Shown here piece after piece: positions 10,716 to 23,917 of a stretch of 64,000 bases of DNA (positions within the stretch are counted from its first letter, which is position 1; each line of letters begins with the position of its first letter). The stretch comes from the human T2T-CHM13v2.0 reference genome, Homo sapiens: assembly GCF_009914755.1 (NCBI RefSeq), contig NC_060928.1; one strand, 5' to 3'. A program made the position numbers and the translations under genes. The notes beneath the pieces were generated by a model, which was not told the origin of the DNA, did no database searches, and saw only the letters and a list, made by a program, of their open reading frames with translations.

Positions 10716-13700
10716 TTTTAAATTTTTTCTTTAGCTTTTAAGTTCAGGGGTACATGTGCAGGTTTGTTATATAGGTAAACGTGTGTCATGGAGGTTTGTT
10801 GTACAGATTATTTTATTACCCACGTATTAAGGCTAATACCCCCTTGGTTATTTTTCCTGATTCTCTCCCTCTTCCCTCCCTCCACCTTCCAGAATGTTCC
10901 AGTGTCTGTTGTTCTCCTCTATGTGTTCATGTGTTCTTATCATTTAGCTCCCACTTATAAGTGAGAACATGTGGTAATTGGTTTTCTGTTCCTGCATTAG
11001 TTTGCTAAGGATAATGGCCTCCAGCTCCATCTATGTTCCTGCAAAGGACATGATATCATTCCTTTTTTCTGGCTGCATAGTATTCCATGGTGTATATGTA
11101 ATACATTTTATTTATCCAGTCTATCATTGATGGGCATTTAGGTTGAGTCTGTGTCTTTGCTATTGGGAATAGTGCTGCAATGAACATAGGCATTCATGTA
11201 CCTTTATGGTTGAACAATTTATATTCTTTTGGGTATATTCCCAGTAAGGGAATTGCTGGGTTGAATGGTAGTTCTGTTTTAGGTGTTTGAGGAATTGCTG
11301 TACTGTCTTCCACAGTGGGCAAACTAATTTACAGTTCCGCCAACAGTGTATATTCATTCCTTTTTCTCCACAACCTCGCCAGCACCTGTTATTTTTTGAC
11401 GTTTTAGTAATAGCCATTCTGACTCGTGTGAGATAGTATCTCATTGTGGTTTTAATTTGCATTTCTCTAATATTCAGTGATATTTAGCTTTTCTTCATAT
11501 GACTGTTGGCCACATGTATGTCTCTTTTTGAAAAGCGTCTGTTCATGTCCTTTGGCCACTTTTTAATGAGGTTGTTAATTTTTTTCTTGTAAATTTGTTT
11601 AAGTTTCCTATATTAATAGATGCTGGACCTTTGTCAAATGCATAGTTTGCAAAAATTTTCTCCCATTCTGTAGGTTGTCTGTTTACCCTGTTGATAGTTG
11701 TTTTGTTTGTTTGTTGTGTTTTGTTGCTGGGGAGAAGCTCTTTAGTTTAATTAGATCCCAGTTGTCAATTTTCGCTTTTATGGCAATTGCTGTTAGCATC
11801 TTCATCATGAAATCTTTGCCCATTCCTATGTCCAGAATGGTATTGCCTAGGTTGTCTTCCAGGATGTTCACAGTTTTGGGTTTTACATGTAAGTCTTTAA
11901 TCCATCATGAGTTAATTTGTTTAAATGGTGTAAAGAAGGAGTCCAATTTCAATCTTTTGCATATGGCTAGCCAGTTATCCCAGTACTACTTATTGAGTAG
12001 GGAGTCCTTTCCCCATTGCTTGTTTGTATTGACTTTGTCAAGGATCAGAGAGTTGTAAGTGTGCAGCCTTATTTATGGGCTCTCTATTCTGTTCCATTGG
12101 TCTATATGTCTATGTGTCTGTTTTTATACAAGTACCATGCTGTTTTGATTACTGTAGCCCTGTGATATAGTTTGAATTCAGGTGGCATGATCCTCCAGCT
12201 TCTTCTTTTTGCTTAGGCTTGCTTTGGCTATTTGAGCTCTTTGTTGGTTCCATATGATTTTTTTTTTTTTTTGTCTAGCTTTTAGTGAACTATCATTGGT
12301 AGTTTGATAGGAATAGCATTGAATCTATAAATTGCTTTAGGCAGTATGGCCATTTTAACAATGTTTTCTCTCTCTATCCATGAGCATGAAATGTTTTTCC
12401 ATTTGTTTCTGTCATCTCTGATTTATTTGGGCAGTGTTTTGTAGTTCTCATTGCAGAGATATTTCACCCCCATCTGTTTAGCTGTATTCCTAGGTATTTT
12501 TTCCTTTTGTGGCAATTGTAAATGGGATTGCATTCCTGATTTGGCTCTCAGCTTGACTATTCTTGGTGTATAGGAATGCTAGCAGGTTTTGTACATTAAT
12601 TTTGTATCCTGAGATGTTGCTAAAGTTGTTTATCAGCTTAAAGAGCTTTTGGGCCAAGACTATGGAGTTTTCTAGATATAAGATCATGTCACCAGAAAAT
12701 AGGGTTAGTTTGACTTCCTCTCTTCCTATTTGGATGCCCTTTATTTCTTTCTCTTGCCTGATTGCTCTAGCCAGGACTTACAATACTATGTTGAATAGGA
12801 GTAGTGAGAGAGGGCATCCTTGTATTGTGCTGGTTTTTAAGGGGAATGCTTCCAGCTTTTGTCCATTCAGTATGATGTTGGCTGTGGTTTTTTCATAGAT
12901 GGCTCTTATTATTTTGAAGTATGCTCCTTTAATACCTAGTTTATTGAAAATTTTTAACATGAAGGGGTGTTGAATTTCGTTGAAAGCCTTTTTTGCATCT
13001 ATTGAGATAATCATGTGATTTTGTATCTTTAGTTCTGCTTATGTGATGAATCACATTTATTGATTTATGTGGAACCAAACTTACATCCCAGGGATAATGT
13101 CTATTTGAGGGTGGTAGATATGCTTTTTGATGTGCTGCTGGATTGGGTTTGCCCATGTTTTGTTGAGTATTTTTGCATTGATGTTAATCCAGGATATTGG
13201 CATGACATTTTCTTTTTTGTTGTGTCTCTGCCAAGTTTTGGTATCAGGATGATGCTGGCCTCATAGAATGAGTTAAGAGGAGTCCCTTCTCCCAAATTTT
13301 TTGAAATAGCTTTAGCAGGAATTATGCCAGCTCTTTTTTGTACATCTGGTAGAATTCAACTGTGAATCTGTCTGGTCCTGGGCTTTTTGTTGTTGTTGGT
13401 AGGCTGTTTATTACTGATACAATTTTGGAGATAATTTTTTATCTGTTCAGGGATTCAATTTCTTCTTGGCTCAGTATTGGAAAGAGGTATGTGTCCAGGA
13501 ATTTATTCATTTCTTCTACATTTTCTAGTTTATGGGCATATAGGTGTTCATAATATTCTCTGATGGTTATTTGTATTTGTGGGGTTAGTGGTAATATTAC
13601 TTTTGTCATTTCTAACTGTGTTTATTTATTTGGACCTTCAGTCTTTTCTTCTTTATTAATCTATTTATTTCACCAATTAAAAAAATAACAACTCCTGGAT

Positions 13701-14424
13701 TCATTGCTCTTTTGAATGGTTCAGTTCTCCCTCAGTTCAACTCTGATTTTGGTTACTGCTTGTCTTCTGCTCGATTTATGGTCAATTTATTCTTGGTTCT
13801 CTAATTCTTTTAGTTGTGACACTAGGTTGTCAAATTAACATCTTTCTAACTTTTTTATGTGGCCATTTAGTGCTATAAATTTCCCTCTTAACACTGATTT
13901 AGCTGTGTCCCAGAGATTGTGGTATATTGTATCTTTGTCCCCATAAGGTTCAGAGAACTTCTTGATTTCTGCCTTACTTTCATTATTTACCAAAAAAGTC
14001 ATTCAGGAATATGTTATTCAATTTCCATGTAATTGTATGGTTTTGAGCAAATTTCTTTGTCTTGATTTCTAATTTGATTGTGCTCTGGTTCAAGAGAGTG
14101 GTTGCTACGATTTTAGTTATTCTGCATTTGCTGAGAAGCATTTCATATTTCATTATCTGGTCAATTTTAGAGTTATGTGCCATGTGGCAGTGAGAAGAAT
14201 GTATATTATGTTGCATTTGAGTGGAGAATTCTGTAGATGTCTATCAGGTCCATTTGATCCAGTGCTGAGTTGAGGTGCTGAATATCTGTGAATTTTCTGC
14301 CTCAATGATCTAATATTGTCAGTGGGGTGTTGAAGTCTACCACTATTATTGAATGGGAGACTAAGTCTCTTTGAAGGTCTCTAAGAACTTGCTTTGTGAA
14401 TCTGGGTGATCCTGTGTTGGATGC

Positions 14425-14471
<47 letters not shown>

Positions 14472-17400
14472 TATATATGTATATATATTTAGGAGAGTTA
14501 GCTCTCCTTGTTGGATTGAACCTTTTACTATTATATAATGTCCTTCTTTCTCTTTTTTGATCTTTGTTGGTTTAAAATCTGTTTTGTTGGAAATCAGGAT
14601 TGCAACCCCTGCTTTTTTTCTGTTTTCCATTTGCTTGGAAGAGTTTTCTCCATCCCTTTATTTCAAGCCTATGTGTGTCACTGAATGTGAGATGGTTCTC
14701 TTGAAGACAGTATACCAATGGGTCTTAGTTCTTTATCCATCTTGCCACTCTGTTCCCATTAATTGGGCATTTAGGCTAAATGCCTCTTTACATTCAAGGT
14801 TAGTATTAATACATGTGGATTTGATCCTGTCATCATGATGTTAGCTGGGTACTATGCAGACCTGTTTGTGTGGTTGCTTTTTAGTGTCACTGGTCTGTGT
14901 ACTTAAGTGTGTTTTTGTAGTGGCTGATACTGGTCTTTTCTTTGCATATTTAGTGCTTCCTTTGGGAACTCTTCAAAGCAAGTCTGGTGGTAACAAATTC
15001 CCTCAGCATTTGCCTGTCTGCAAAGGAACTTATTTTTCCTTTGCTTATGAAGCTTAGTTTGGCCAGATATGAAATTCTGTGTTGAATTTCTTTTCTTTAA
15101 AATGTTGAATATTGGCCCCCAATCATTTCTGACTTTAGTGTTTCTGCTGAGATATTCACTGTTAATCTGATGGGCTTCCCTTTGCAGGTGACCTGATTTT
15201 TCTCTCTAGCTGCCTTTAACATTTTATTAATTCTTGGAGAATCTGATGATTATATGTCTTGGAAATGATCTCGTGAAGTCTCTTACTGGGATTTTCTGAA
15301 TTTTCTGAATTTAAATGTTGGTCTCTCTAGCTAGGTTAGGGAAGTTCTCATGAATGATATCTTAAAATATGTTTTCCAAGGTGCTTGTACTCTCCCCATC
15401 TCTTTCAGGGACACCAATGAATCATAGATTTAGTCTTCTTACATAATCTCATATTTCTCAAAGGTTTTGTTTATTCTTTTTTGTTCTCTTTTCTCTATTC
15501 TTGTTGACTGTCTTATTTCAGAAAGCCAATCTTCAAGCTCTGAGATTCTTTCCTCAGCTTGGTGTATTCTGCGATTAATACTTGTGATTGGATTGTGAAA
15601 CTCTTGTAGTGTGTTTTTCAGCTATATCAGGTCAGCTACCACCTTTTCTATACTGGCTACTTTGTCTGTCAGCTCCTATACCATTTTATTGTGATTCTCA
15701 ACTTCTTTGGATTGGGTTTCAGTGTACTCCGGCATCTCAATGATTTTTGTTTCAATCCATATTCTGAATTCTATTTCTGTCATTTCAGCCATCTTGACCT
15801 GGTTCAGAACCCTTGCTGAAGAGGTGATGCAGTCATTTGGAGGAAAGAAGGAAGTCTGGCTTTTGGAGTTGTCAGAGTCCTTGCATTGGTTCTTTCTCAT
15901 CTTTGTGGGCTGATGTTTCTTCAGTCTTTTAAGTTGTCACCTCTGGATTTTTTTTTTACTTTATCCTATTTATTTCCTGACCTTGAAGGTTTGATTGTTG
16001 TATAAGGATTCAGCCAACTGGCTTCATTTCTGGAAGATTTTAGGGGGCCACTGCATGCGCTATCTCTAGGGTTGAGGTGGGGGGACTTGTATCAGCCCTG
16101 ACTTCGTTCTCAGGCTCCTCAAAGTTAGGACTCTATTGTGCTGGGTGGGAGGTGAGGTGATCCTGGACTGCTGGTACTAGTCACTAGACTCTGATGGGTG
16201 GTGTCAGCCAAAGCATTTCATAGTGCAATGGCAGCAGGATCTGTCGTCATTTGCACTTGTCAGCAGCAACAGTAGCTGTAGCAAGGGGTTCACACTCTCA
16301 GCTGTGGCAGGCTGCTAGCAGATGCAGAGGTGCCTGCTTCCATGCAGGTGTCCGTCACAGTAGTGGAGGCAACACAGCTGGTTGGGGGGGTGCTTGCTGT
16401 TGACAGTGCACAGTCACACTGGTAGGGTGGGGCTCTGGTGGGTGCAGGTCTGCGTGTATTCTCTGTGGCCGTAGGCAAGGGTGGTCACTCAGAGTACAGA
16501 AGGGTTTGCTGTTCTCTGTGTCTAGTTTCACTATCATGGCAGTGCTGGTGCAAGAGCGAGGAGCTGGTGGGAGCAGGGCTGGCTGGCTCTATTACTGCCA
16601 AAGTTCTGACTTCAAAGGTAGTCCAGTGGGGGGAGAAGGGGTAGAGGGCATGCCCACTGCAGCAGTCACAGGGCAGGGTGCACGCCCACATGTGTGCTAG
16701 CAGTGCAAGGAAAACAAAACCTGCCCACTCCCACAGGTGCCAGCAAAGTGATGTGGAGGTTTGCTGTGGGCCCCAGGAAAGCTGCAGCATGGGGAAGACC
16801 TGGGTAGGCTGGTGTGTGGCCACGGGGGCTGACCCGCTGGAGCTCTCTACTGGCAGGCACAGTCTGCCAGTGCAGGAGCTATGATGCAAGTCCCTCGGGT
16901 AACTGAGACTGCCCTGCAAGAAGATGTAGCCAGGCTGGGGCCCAGTAGACCAAGGGGTGCTCAGGTTGGACCAGCCAGGTCTGATGGGCAAGACTGCCCT
17001 GCAGAATTCAGGGCCCGCAGTTCTCTTAGGACTAACGTCTCCTATGGGAGCAAATTGAGCCTAGGGAAATGGGCTTCCCTTGTTGTGCTCTGCTACAGAC
17101 ATTCCTGCAAACTCTCTGGGCTTCACTTCAGCTGGCATGCTGCCCCTACCACTTCTCTAAGCAGCTCTCCCTGCCTACTCGAGTTTCCATGGTGATTGAA
17201 GATTCTTCTCCTGCCAGGATTCCAGAGGAGCATGGGAACAGTGGGTTGCTCCTTGCCAGTTCAACTCACTTGTTCCCCCAGGGTCACTGGGGGCCAGGAA
17301 AAAGTCCTGGTGCATGGTAGCCCCAGGCAGGGTTCCCAGCTTCCTCTCCCTTCGGTCCAGCTTCTGTATCTTCCTTCTGTCCACTCTTTGTGCCTTCCCT

Positions 17401-17491
17401 CTGAAGATCTGTCAGAAGTGTGCCAATTGTCTCAGTCCCTTAGTGGCAGCTGTTCCAACTGGCTGTGTCTAGTTGGCTATCTTGGCGTCTC
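10716..17491 (-). mobile_element. Full-length, inactivated old primate L1 (about L1PA13-16 age), with 5' UTR, ORF1, ORF2, 3' UTR
   Basis: Minus-strand ORF fragments: ORF1-like 15676-15900, endonuclease [33 protein letters not shown] and QGCPLS, C-terminal [16 protein letters not shown]; many stops; GC-richer 5' UTR ~16.0-17.5 kb. Confidence 0.95.
14425..14487. repeat. (TA)n(CA)n(TA)n microsatellite inside L1 ORF2
   Basis: Directly visible. Confidence 0.95.
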
Positions 17492-17609
17492 TCCTCAATA
17501 AATTTTAAGAATGTAAAAGGCTGTAAGAACAAGACCATGATTATATTACATATTGAGAATGAGAAAGCAGAAAAAAAAAAAAAAAAGAACAACACCATGA
17601 GAACTGCTG
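17492..17609 (+). mobile_element. Charlie1 terminal remainder (right part, with TIR)
   Basis: tcctcaataaattttaagaatgtaaaagg...tgagaactgctg continues the Charlie1 end broken at 9941. Confidence 0.65.
17541..17584 (+). mobile_element. Tiny orphan retro-insertion: 30 nt + poly(A), 16-bp TSD
   Basis: aagaacaagaccatga (17525-17540) [ttatattacatattgagaatgagaaagcag A14] aagaacaacaccatga (17585-17600). Confidence 0.75.
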
Positions 17610-17829
17610 CTGTAGACCACTGGGTTAATGTCACTTAAAAGAGAGGAAACAGGGAAAAAGCGTCAAAAATTAAGCTTACAGTCAAACAAAATATTGATGT
17701 AAGAAAGTCAGCCACAAAGAAGATTAGAGTCAAAAGTCAGCAATCAAAGATAGATTGAGCTAGTAGAAAATCAAACTTCACCTTTCCTGAAAATGGAACC
17801 ATCTAGACTCAGGGACCTTGCCATATAGT

Positions 17830-17871
17830 GTATTAGCCAGAGTTCTCTAGAGAGACACAACCAGTAGGAAG

Positions 17872-17924
<53 letters not shown>

Positions 17925-18430
17925 GAGATTTATTAGGGGAGCTGACTCACATGATTATGGAGACTGTGCAGTCCCACTATAGGCCACATGCAAGCATCAG
18001 AATCAGGGATACTGGTAGTGTGGCTTGGTCCAAGCCCGAAAGCCTCAGAACTAGGGGAGCTGATAATGTAACTCTTAGTTTGAGTCCAAAGGCCAAAGAA
18101 CCTGGAAGCCTGCTAGTGCAAGTCCTGAATCCAAAGCTCATCATAACTCTTGAAGAACCTGGAGTTATGATGCCCAAGGGCAAGAGAAGAAGGGAGGCCC
18201 AACTCTACAAGAGAGAGAGACAGAGAACTTGCCTTCCTCTGCCTTTTTGTTCTCTCTGGGCCCCCAGCCATTTGCATCATGCTTGCCCACATTGAGGGCA
18301 GACCTGCCCTACCCAGCCCACTGACTCACATGCCAATCTCCTCTGGAAACACCCTTACAGAAATAATACTTTACCAGTTATCTATGTATCGTTAATCCAG
18401 TCAAGTTGACACCAAAAATTAAGCACCACA
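17830..18430 (-). mobile_element. MLT2 (ERVL) solo LTR
   Basis: tgtattagccagagttctctagagagaca...aatccagtcaagttgacac...caccaca. Confidence 0.88.
17872..17923. repeat. Perfect (GATA)13 STR
   Basis: Directly visible. Confidence 0.97.
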
Positions 18431-18979
18431 CTTGGAATAACTGTGGTCTCATTGGCAAATGGATAGGAAGCTATGAAGTTCTGTGGAACAAGCTCTATAA
18501 TTACAAATATTAAATATCTATATCCTAGAGAAGCCTACAGTTTTGTGGAGGAATGCTACATTTATTTCTATGAAAGGTTTACAGTCATGAATTAAAGTGA
18601 GACCACTTAGCTTCTTTGTGTGATTTTTTTTTTCTCCCAACAACATTCCAACACTTGAGCATAAGCAAGTAGAGGGTGGGATTGAGGTGTTTCTGGCATG
18701 CAGAGGGAAACAATGGAATTGGAGACATTGATAAGTGAGAAATTATAATGATGAGACATTATTTTGGGGTTGAGTTAAAAGGGAAGTGCAGGTAGCAGAT
18801 GATGGATTGGATAGTTAAAAAAAAAAAAAACTTGAAAGATAAAAACAAACAAGCATCCCAGTGAGTTAGACTTCTTGAAGGAGGTAAGAATTGTTGGAGT
18901 CTGGGTACTAGAATGAATGAATTAGAAATATACGAGCAAGCGATTAGAAAGTGGGATGCGTAAAATAGAGATTTTAGAG

Positions 18980-19210
18980 CATGCTTGTCCAACCCATGGC
19001 CCAGTGGGTTGTCCAACCTGCAGCCCAGGCTGGCTTCAAGTGTGGCCCAACACAAATTTGTAAACTTTTCTTAAAACATTACGAGATTTTGTGGGTCATT
19101 TTTTTTTAGCTCATCAGCTATTGTTACTGTTAATGTATTTTATGTGTGGCCCAAGATAATTCTTCTTCTTCCAATGTGGCCCATAGAAACCAAAAGATTG
19201 AACGCCACTG
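18980..19210. mobile_element. MER30-type hAT MITE with 8-bp TSD
   Basis: gtggcccaacacaaatttgtaaact...gtggcccaagataattctt; TSD ttttagag at 18972-18979 and 19211-19218. Confidence 0.88.
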
Positions 19211-19239
19211 TTTTAGAGGTTGTGCAGGTATTGATTGCA

Positions 19240-19782
19240 GCAAGATAATGGTCCCTGGGTTTCTTCCTGTTGCTACATGGTGAGTATCTTCAGAGCAATG
19301 GAAATTAACACAATATGAAGATAGAGAATGTCTCCTCTCCCCTAATTTGTCATGTTTTTTGATAGCAAAATCTAAACTTAGCTTTCTAATCTTCCCCAGA
19401 ACAAATTGCTTACATTCCAGGGTAAAAGGACTTCCCATCTTTCCCCAAAAGAGGATGTGTTTACATTCCAGAGTAAAAGATAGTCATGTCAATCTCTCTC
19501 CCTCTCTCTGAGGATATGCCAGCAGTTCCAACATAAGCTCTGGGTTTTGATAATTTCAGAGTTCCTCTCCTATGATGCTAACCCCATCAGGTACATGTAA
19601 CTCTTGTCATGTCTCTCCATGAGGAACTGGGGCATGGAGAAAAGGTATTCTGTGAGTAAACAAAAGCTTTGTTCCCTGATCCAGAGGTTTCATGTTTCTG
19701 TTTGTGTGTGCATGCACGCACACACACACAGACAGGTAGTTTTTTAGCTTGTAGGTGGGGTAACATCTTAGACTCTTCACAC
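19240..19782 (+). mobile_element. Ancient ERVL-type LTR, subfamily uncertain
   Basis: Repeated ttacattccag; gaactggggcatgg; end cttgtaggtggggtaacatcttagactcttcaca. Confidence 0.5.
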
Positions 19783-21574
19783 TTCCAGGTTTAAGACTGA
19801 TGATCACAAGATTCGTGGAATGAAAAGCTGAGTGTAGTAGAGCAAAATACTGAAGATGAAGATGAACTGAGAGTCCTGACTGCTAGACAGGTTATCCATA
19901 ATGATGTAACATCATTGGTTGCAGAAGCAGGGTTACAGAGAACGACCTTGTGCCAGAAGCTGAACTCTTCAACAAATGAAAGCACTGAGAGGAATACTGA
20001 CTTATGAAAGCTAGATGGCCATATAAACAGAGGGCAAAAGCTTCCAAAAGCAGATGTTTTGGTTCACATCATTTTCTCCTCCAAGAGAATATGTGGTCCA
20101 GAAAGTCAAGAATGCCAATATATTCGTCTTTGTTCCCACAGCACTAAGACTATCAGGATGAGGGTGGGGAGAGGAAAGGAAAAGAGAAAAGGAAGACACA
20201 TAGTGGTGTAGCTAGTAAAGATGCTACCTGTGTGGCTGTCAATGTGAGAATCAGGGAGGAGAGGGTCAATGGATAACTTTTCACTTTAATGACATAAAAT
20301 AAATTAGACTTGCATATTTGTTATTTAAAAGCCAGAAAGATGGAACTAAAACATTTTATGTTTCCTTTATTCTTAGATACCATTTCATTTTATTAAAACA
20401 TTTACAAAATAATTAAATTTTGACATGACAGTAATATTACATACATACAAATCTGACTTCTAGAATAGCATGAAAAACTCAAGGAATAAGAATGCTTGAA
20501 ATAACTTGTTTATGTTGTTTATGTTGCTATGTGTATTCAACAGTAATTGAGCTTGTTCCTTTCATGTTTCACTGCTCTGCGAACTGAGGATGTTTCCTTG
20601 CTAAAGAAAACACAGGAGAAGAGGGACTTTTTGAGTTGGAAACCCAAGGTTTATAAAAATAAATTTGAAAATGAAATTATAAATTTCCAATAAATGTACA
20701 TGTTCTTGAATAGATGTTCCAGATTGGGGGTCATGATATAGACAAAAAGTTATTTTTATGAAAATCATTAGAATGAGAAATCCATTGTAAAAATAAAATT
20801 TCCCTGGAAACTGAAAATTTAGGAAGCTATAAATAAAGCTAACCTTTGCATATTTTGCAATTCTAGATCTTTGCTTTCTACAGCTTCTCAGAGCTCCAGT
20901 CACTGGGCTTACCCCATTCAATTCCCAAAAAATCTTTCCTCGAGGAAAGAGGGTGTCTCACATTCCTACTTTGCCTTCCCCAGGATTATTCTTTTCTGCT
21001 CTTTGAGCTTCTCCAACAGATTTTCTGGACCCATTCCTCACCAACTTGTTCACTGGTCACAGGGCTGAGTTTCTAACTTCATCCACATTCTAAGGTCATA
21101 ACCCAGTAGACTGGCTAGATTTCTCAGTCTTCCCTGAAGACTAAGTTTACTCTCAAGGGCGAAAGTGCTAATTCAGTTAGGGCCCTCTTCCCCATAAGCA
21201 CATCTTCCAGGTAATACATGTTTCATTTCCTTTTAGCCATTTGGCTCCCACAGTTGGCACACTCTGCTACTTTTGTTTGATTCAACTGATGCCAATTACC
21301 TGCTGAATTAGGGAGATTTCCAAGCCCTCCCTGACATATGCTGCTCACTGTTCACCCCCTCAAATCTCAGTTCGTGTTAGTCTTCACATGCTTTGATCCT
21401 TTCCCGCCTATCCCTGTCTCCTTGAAGGAACACTGCCTTGATTCAATGACGAATGATATGTATGCTATGCTAGTGAAGTCTGAATCTTCAGGAAACTATA
21501 TTTAATATTTGTTTCTGTAAAATAAGCATTTAAAATAAATTGAAGAAAAATATTTAGCACGTCAGATTATTTTA

Positions 21575-22100
21575 ATTGCTAGTTATATAAATCTGATTAT
21601 ACTAGCTTAAGCAAAACAGTAATTTGTTGGCTTATAGGGTTAAGAGTCTATAAAGGGGTTTAGCTTTAGGTGTATTGTGATTCAGGAGCTCAAATAGCAT
21701 CATCAGATTCTGGATTCCTTGGATATGGATAAATCTTGTTTTCATTCTTCACAGAAGGATTTTTTTTTCTTTCATGTAAGGCAAGATCATTCTTTTCAAC
21801 ATGGATTAATGTCCTCCTAATTCAGAAATCATATTTTTAAAAAGCCTCTCTCTGATGGTATCTAAATATCTGTTAGTCTTTCCTGGAACCTCTGACCCTG
21901 TTTGTAGCAATCTCTGTGTTCAAGAAATAAGGAGCTCTTATTAACAAGGTCTGTGACTCTTCATGGTATGAGGAGAGGTCAGGACACTCTGGTAGGACAA
22001 ATGAACTCATGCATCCATACTGAAGTGAAAGAGGAGGATCACAAACAAAAAAGCAGGACACAATTTCCATAATAGGAGGGAAGGGATGCTAGGCAAGAAT
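21575..22100 (-). mobile_element. Degenerate old MLT1-like LTR
   Basis: actagcttaagcaaaa...tttgttggct...tgattcaggagctcaaat. Confidence 0.45.
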
Positions 22101-22162
22101 CAGCTCACCACTGTGAGACATGGTTAAGCCCTGTCCTTAGTCTATGCTTCTCAAAGTCACAT

Positions 22163-22277
22163 GAAAGTCAACTAACTGAGCCAATTTGGCCAGAGCAGTT
22201 CTGGTTTTAGCACTGATAATTCTGTATCTTAGAAAACTCTGAAGTTCTAGGCAAACCATTCTGGTGAGTCACCCTAG
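22163..22277 (+). mobile_element. MER81 MITE, uninterrupted
   Basis: ctggttttagcactga...ggcaaacc...gtcacccta. Confidence 0.65.
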
Positions 22278-22742
22278 GTATATATTCAAGACTCCAAAAA
22301 TTAACAAGAAGCATCTTCGGGACACATCAAATTTGCTAAATAATAAGCATTTTTATTGAAAATGTATTTTGTATTAAACTTATGGATATATTTTATGGTG
22401 TAGAATGTGAAATTCTCATGAATTTCTATTATAAAGTTGAAACTTCCACAATATACACTCTGGTTTCAAAGCTGCTTTAGCTATTAAAAACCACTTGGAT
22501 GCCATTTTAAAAAATGATTGCATTAAAGCATTTGTGCCTGTAGACACAGGTACACAAAGATTTGCAGGAATATAATATTTACAATGATGCAAAATGACAT
22601 AAGAAGTTTTAATTCAGTTTATTAATAGAAAAGAAAACTAGACAAATGATACAAAGATAGTGATATTCATTTGTAAACAGAATTAAAAGGAAATAATTGG
22701 ACATGTAGTAATCATTTACAAATCATTATAACGTATAATTTC

Positions 22743-23034
22743 AGCTGGATGCAGTGGCTCATAGCTGTAGTCCCAACACTTTGGGAGGCTGAGGCAGGTG
22801 GATTGCTTGAGGTCAGGAGTTTGAGACCAGCCTGACCTACATGGTGAAACCCCATATCTACTAAAAATACAAAAATTAGCCGGGAGTGATGGCAGGCACC
22901 TGCAATCCCAGCTACGTGGGAGGCTGAGGCAGGAGAGTTGCTTGAACCTGGGTGCGGAGTTTGCAGTGAGCCACAATCAAGCTACTGCACTCCAGCCTGG
23001 ATGACAAAGCGAGACTCTGTCTCAAAAAAAAAAA
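22743..23034 (+). mobile_element. AluS
   Basis: Full dimer; TSD gtataatttca on both sides. Confidence 0.95.
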
Positions 23035-23139
23035 TGTATAATTTCAACTGGAAAAAAGATGCATCAAATGAAGATGGAGATCACTCTAGGACTATTTGTT
23101 GGAAACGTAGATATTGGTTTTTAAAAACAGGATTATTTC

Positions 23140-23530
23140 CTTGCTACCCTCATGGACCCTGACCATATCATGCCCTAAATTATGGTCATAATTTAGCCAT
23201 GTTATTACCTGGGTTTGGAATACTCTTGTACCCTTGCCTGTTTGATGAATTCCTAACAATTTTTCCAACCACAGCTTGAATAGACTTCTCTCTGTGACGA
23301 TATCCCTGACTCCCCTAGTCCCCCTCCATTTCTGAAACTCTGCAAACTCACTCTATTATAACACTTATCACATTTTATTAGAGTTGTTTTTCAGGGTTTC
23401 CATTAGACTGTGACATTCTTAAACCCAGAAAATTAGCCTTTCTGAGATTATTATCCCAGAACCAAGCATAGGCCTATATCACAGAGTCACTCATCGAAAG
23501 AGGTTCGTGAAATGAAGAATGAAAGAATGA
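23140..23530 (+). mobile_element. L2 fragment
   Basis: ccctgactccc...aacacttatcaca...cattagactgtga...tgaaagaatgaa. Confidence 0.55.
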
Positions 23531-23812
23531 ATATGACAGTATGAAGTCAGTACAGATTAGAAACAATGTATTTTGCTTGACATATTTAAAATAAGCAAGA
23601 GGTTACTCTGGAGTTTTTTTCCACTATATTTTTCATTATTATTATATAATTTTACAAAGCCAGGTTTTCCAGCTCTTTTACTTTAAAGTTTCTACCGATT
23701 ATTGTGGGAGAACATGAATACCTTCCTATATCAGTTCCTTGAGATGGTTTTCAGAATAATCAATACAGGAAATAGATTTTCTTTTATTTGGTGTAATCCA
23801 AAAAAATAGCTG

Positions 23813-23917
23813 GTGACTAAAGAGATAGTCACTCCTGACAATGGCTACAGCTATTGCAGAACAGCAATGCTAATGTGTTAACCAGTCATCTCGAAGCACA
23901 TCACAGAGAACTGAAAC
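23813..23917. repeat. Copy A of a duplicated non-coding module
   Basis: gtcactcctgacaatggct (23828-23846) ... catcac ... aactgaaac, shared with copy B. Confidence 0.8.

Noticed and set aside
16290-17501. Cluster of ORFs up to 168 aa in GC-richer DNA
   Set aside because: Lies in the 5' UTR of the old L1; no recognisable protein
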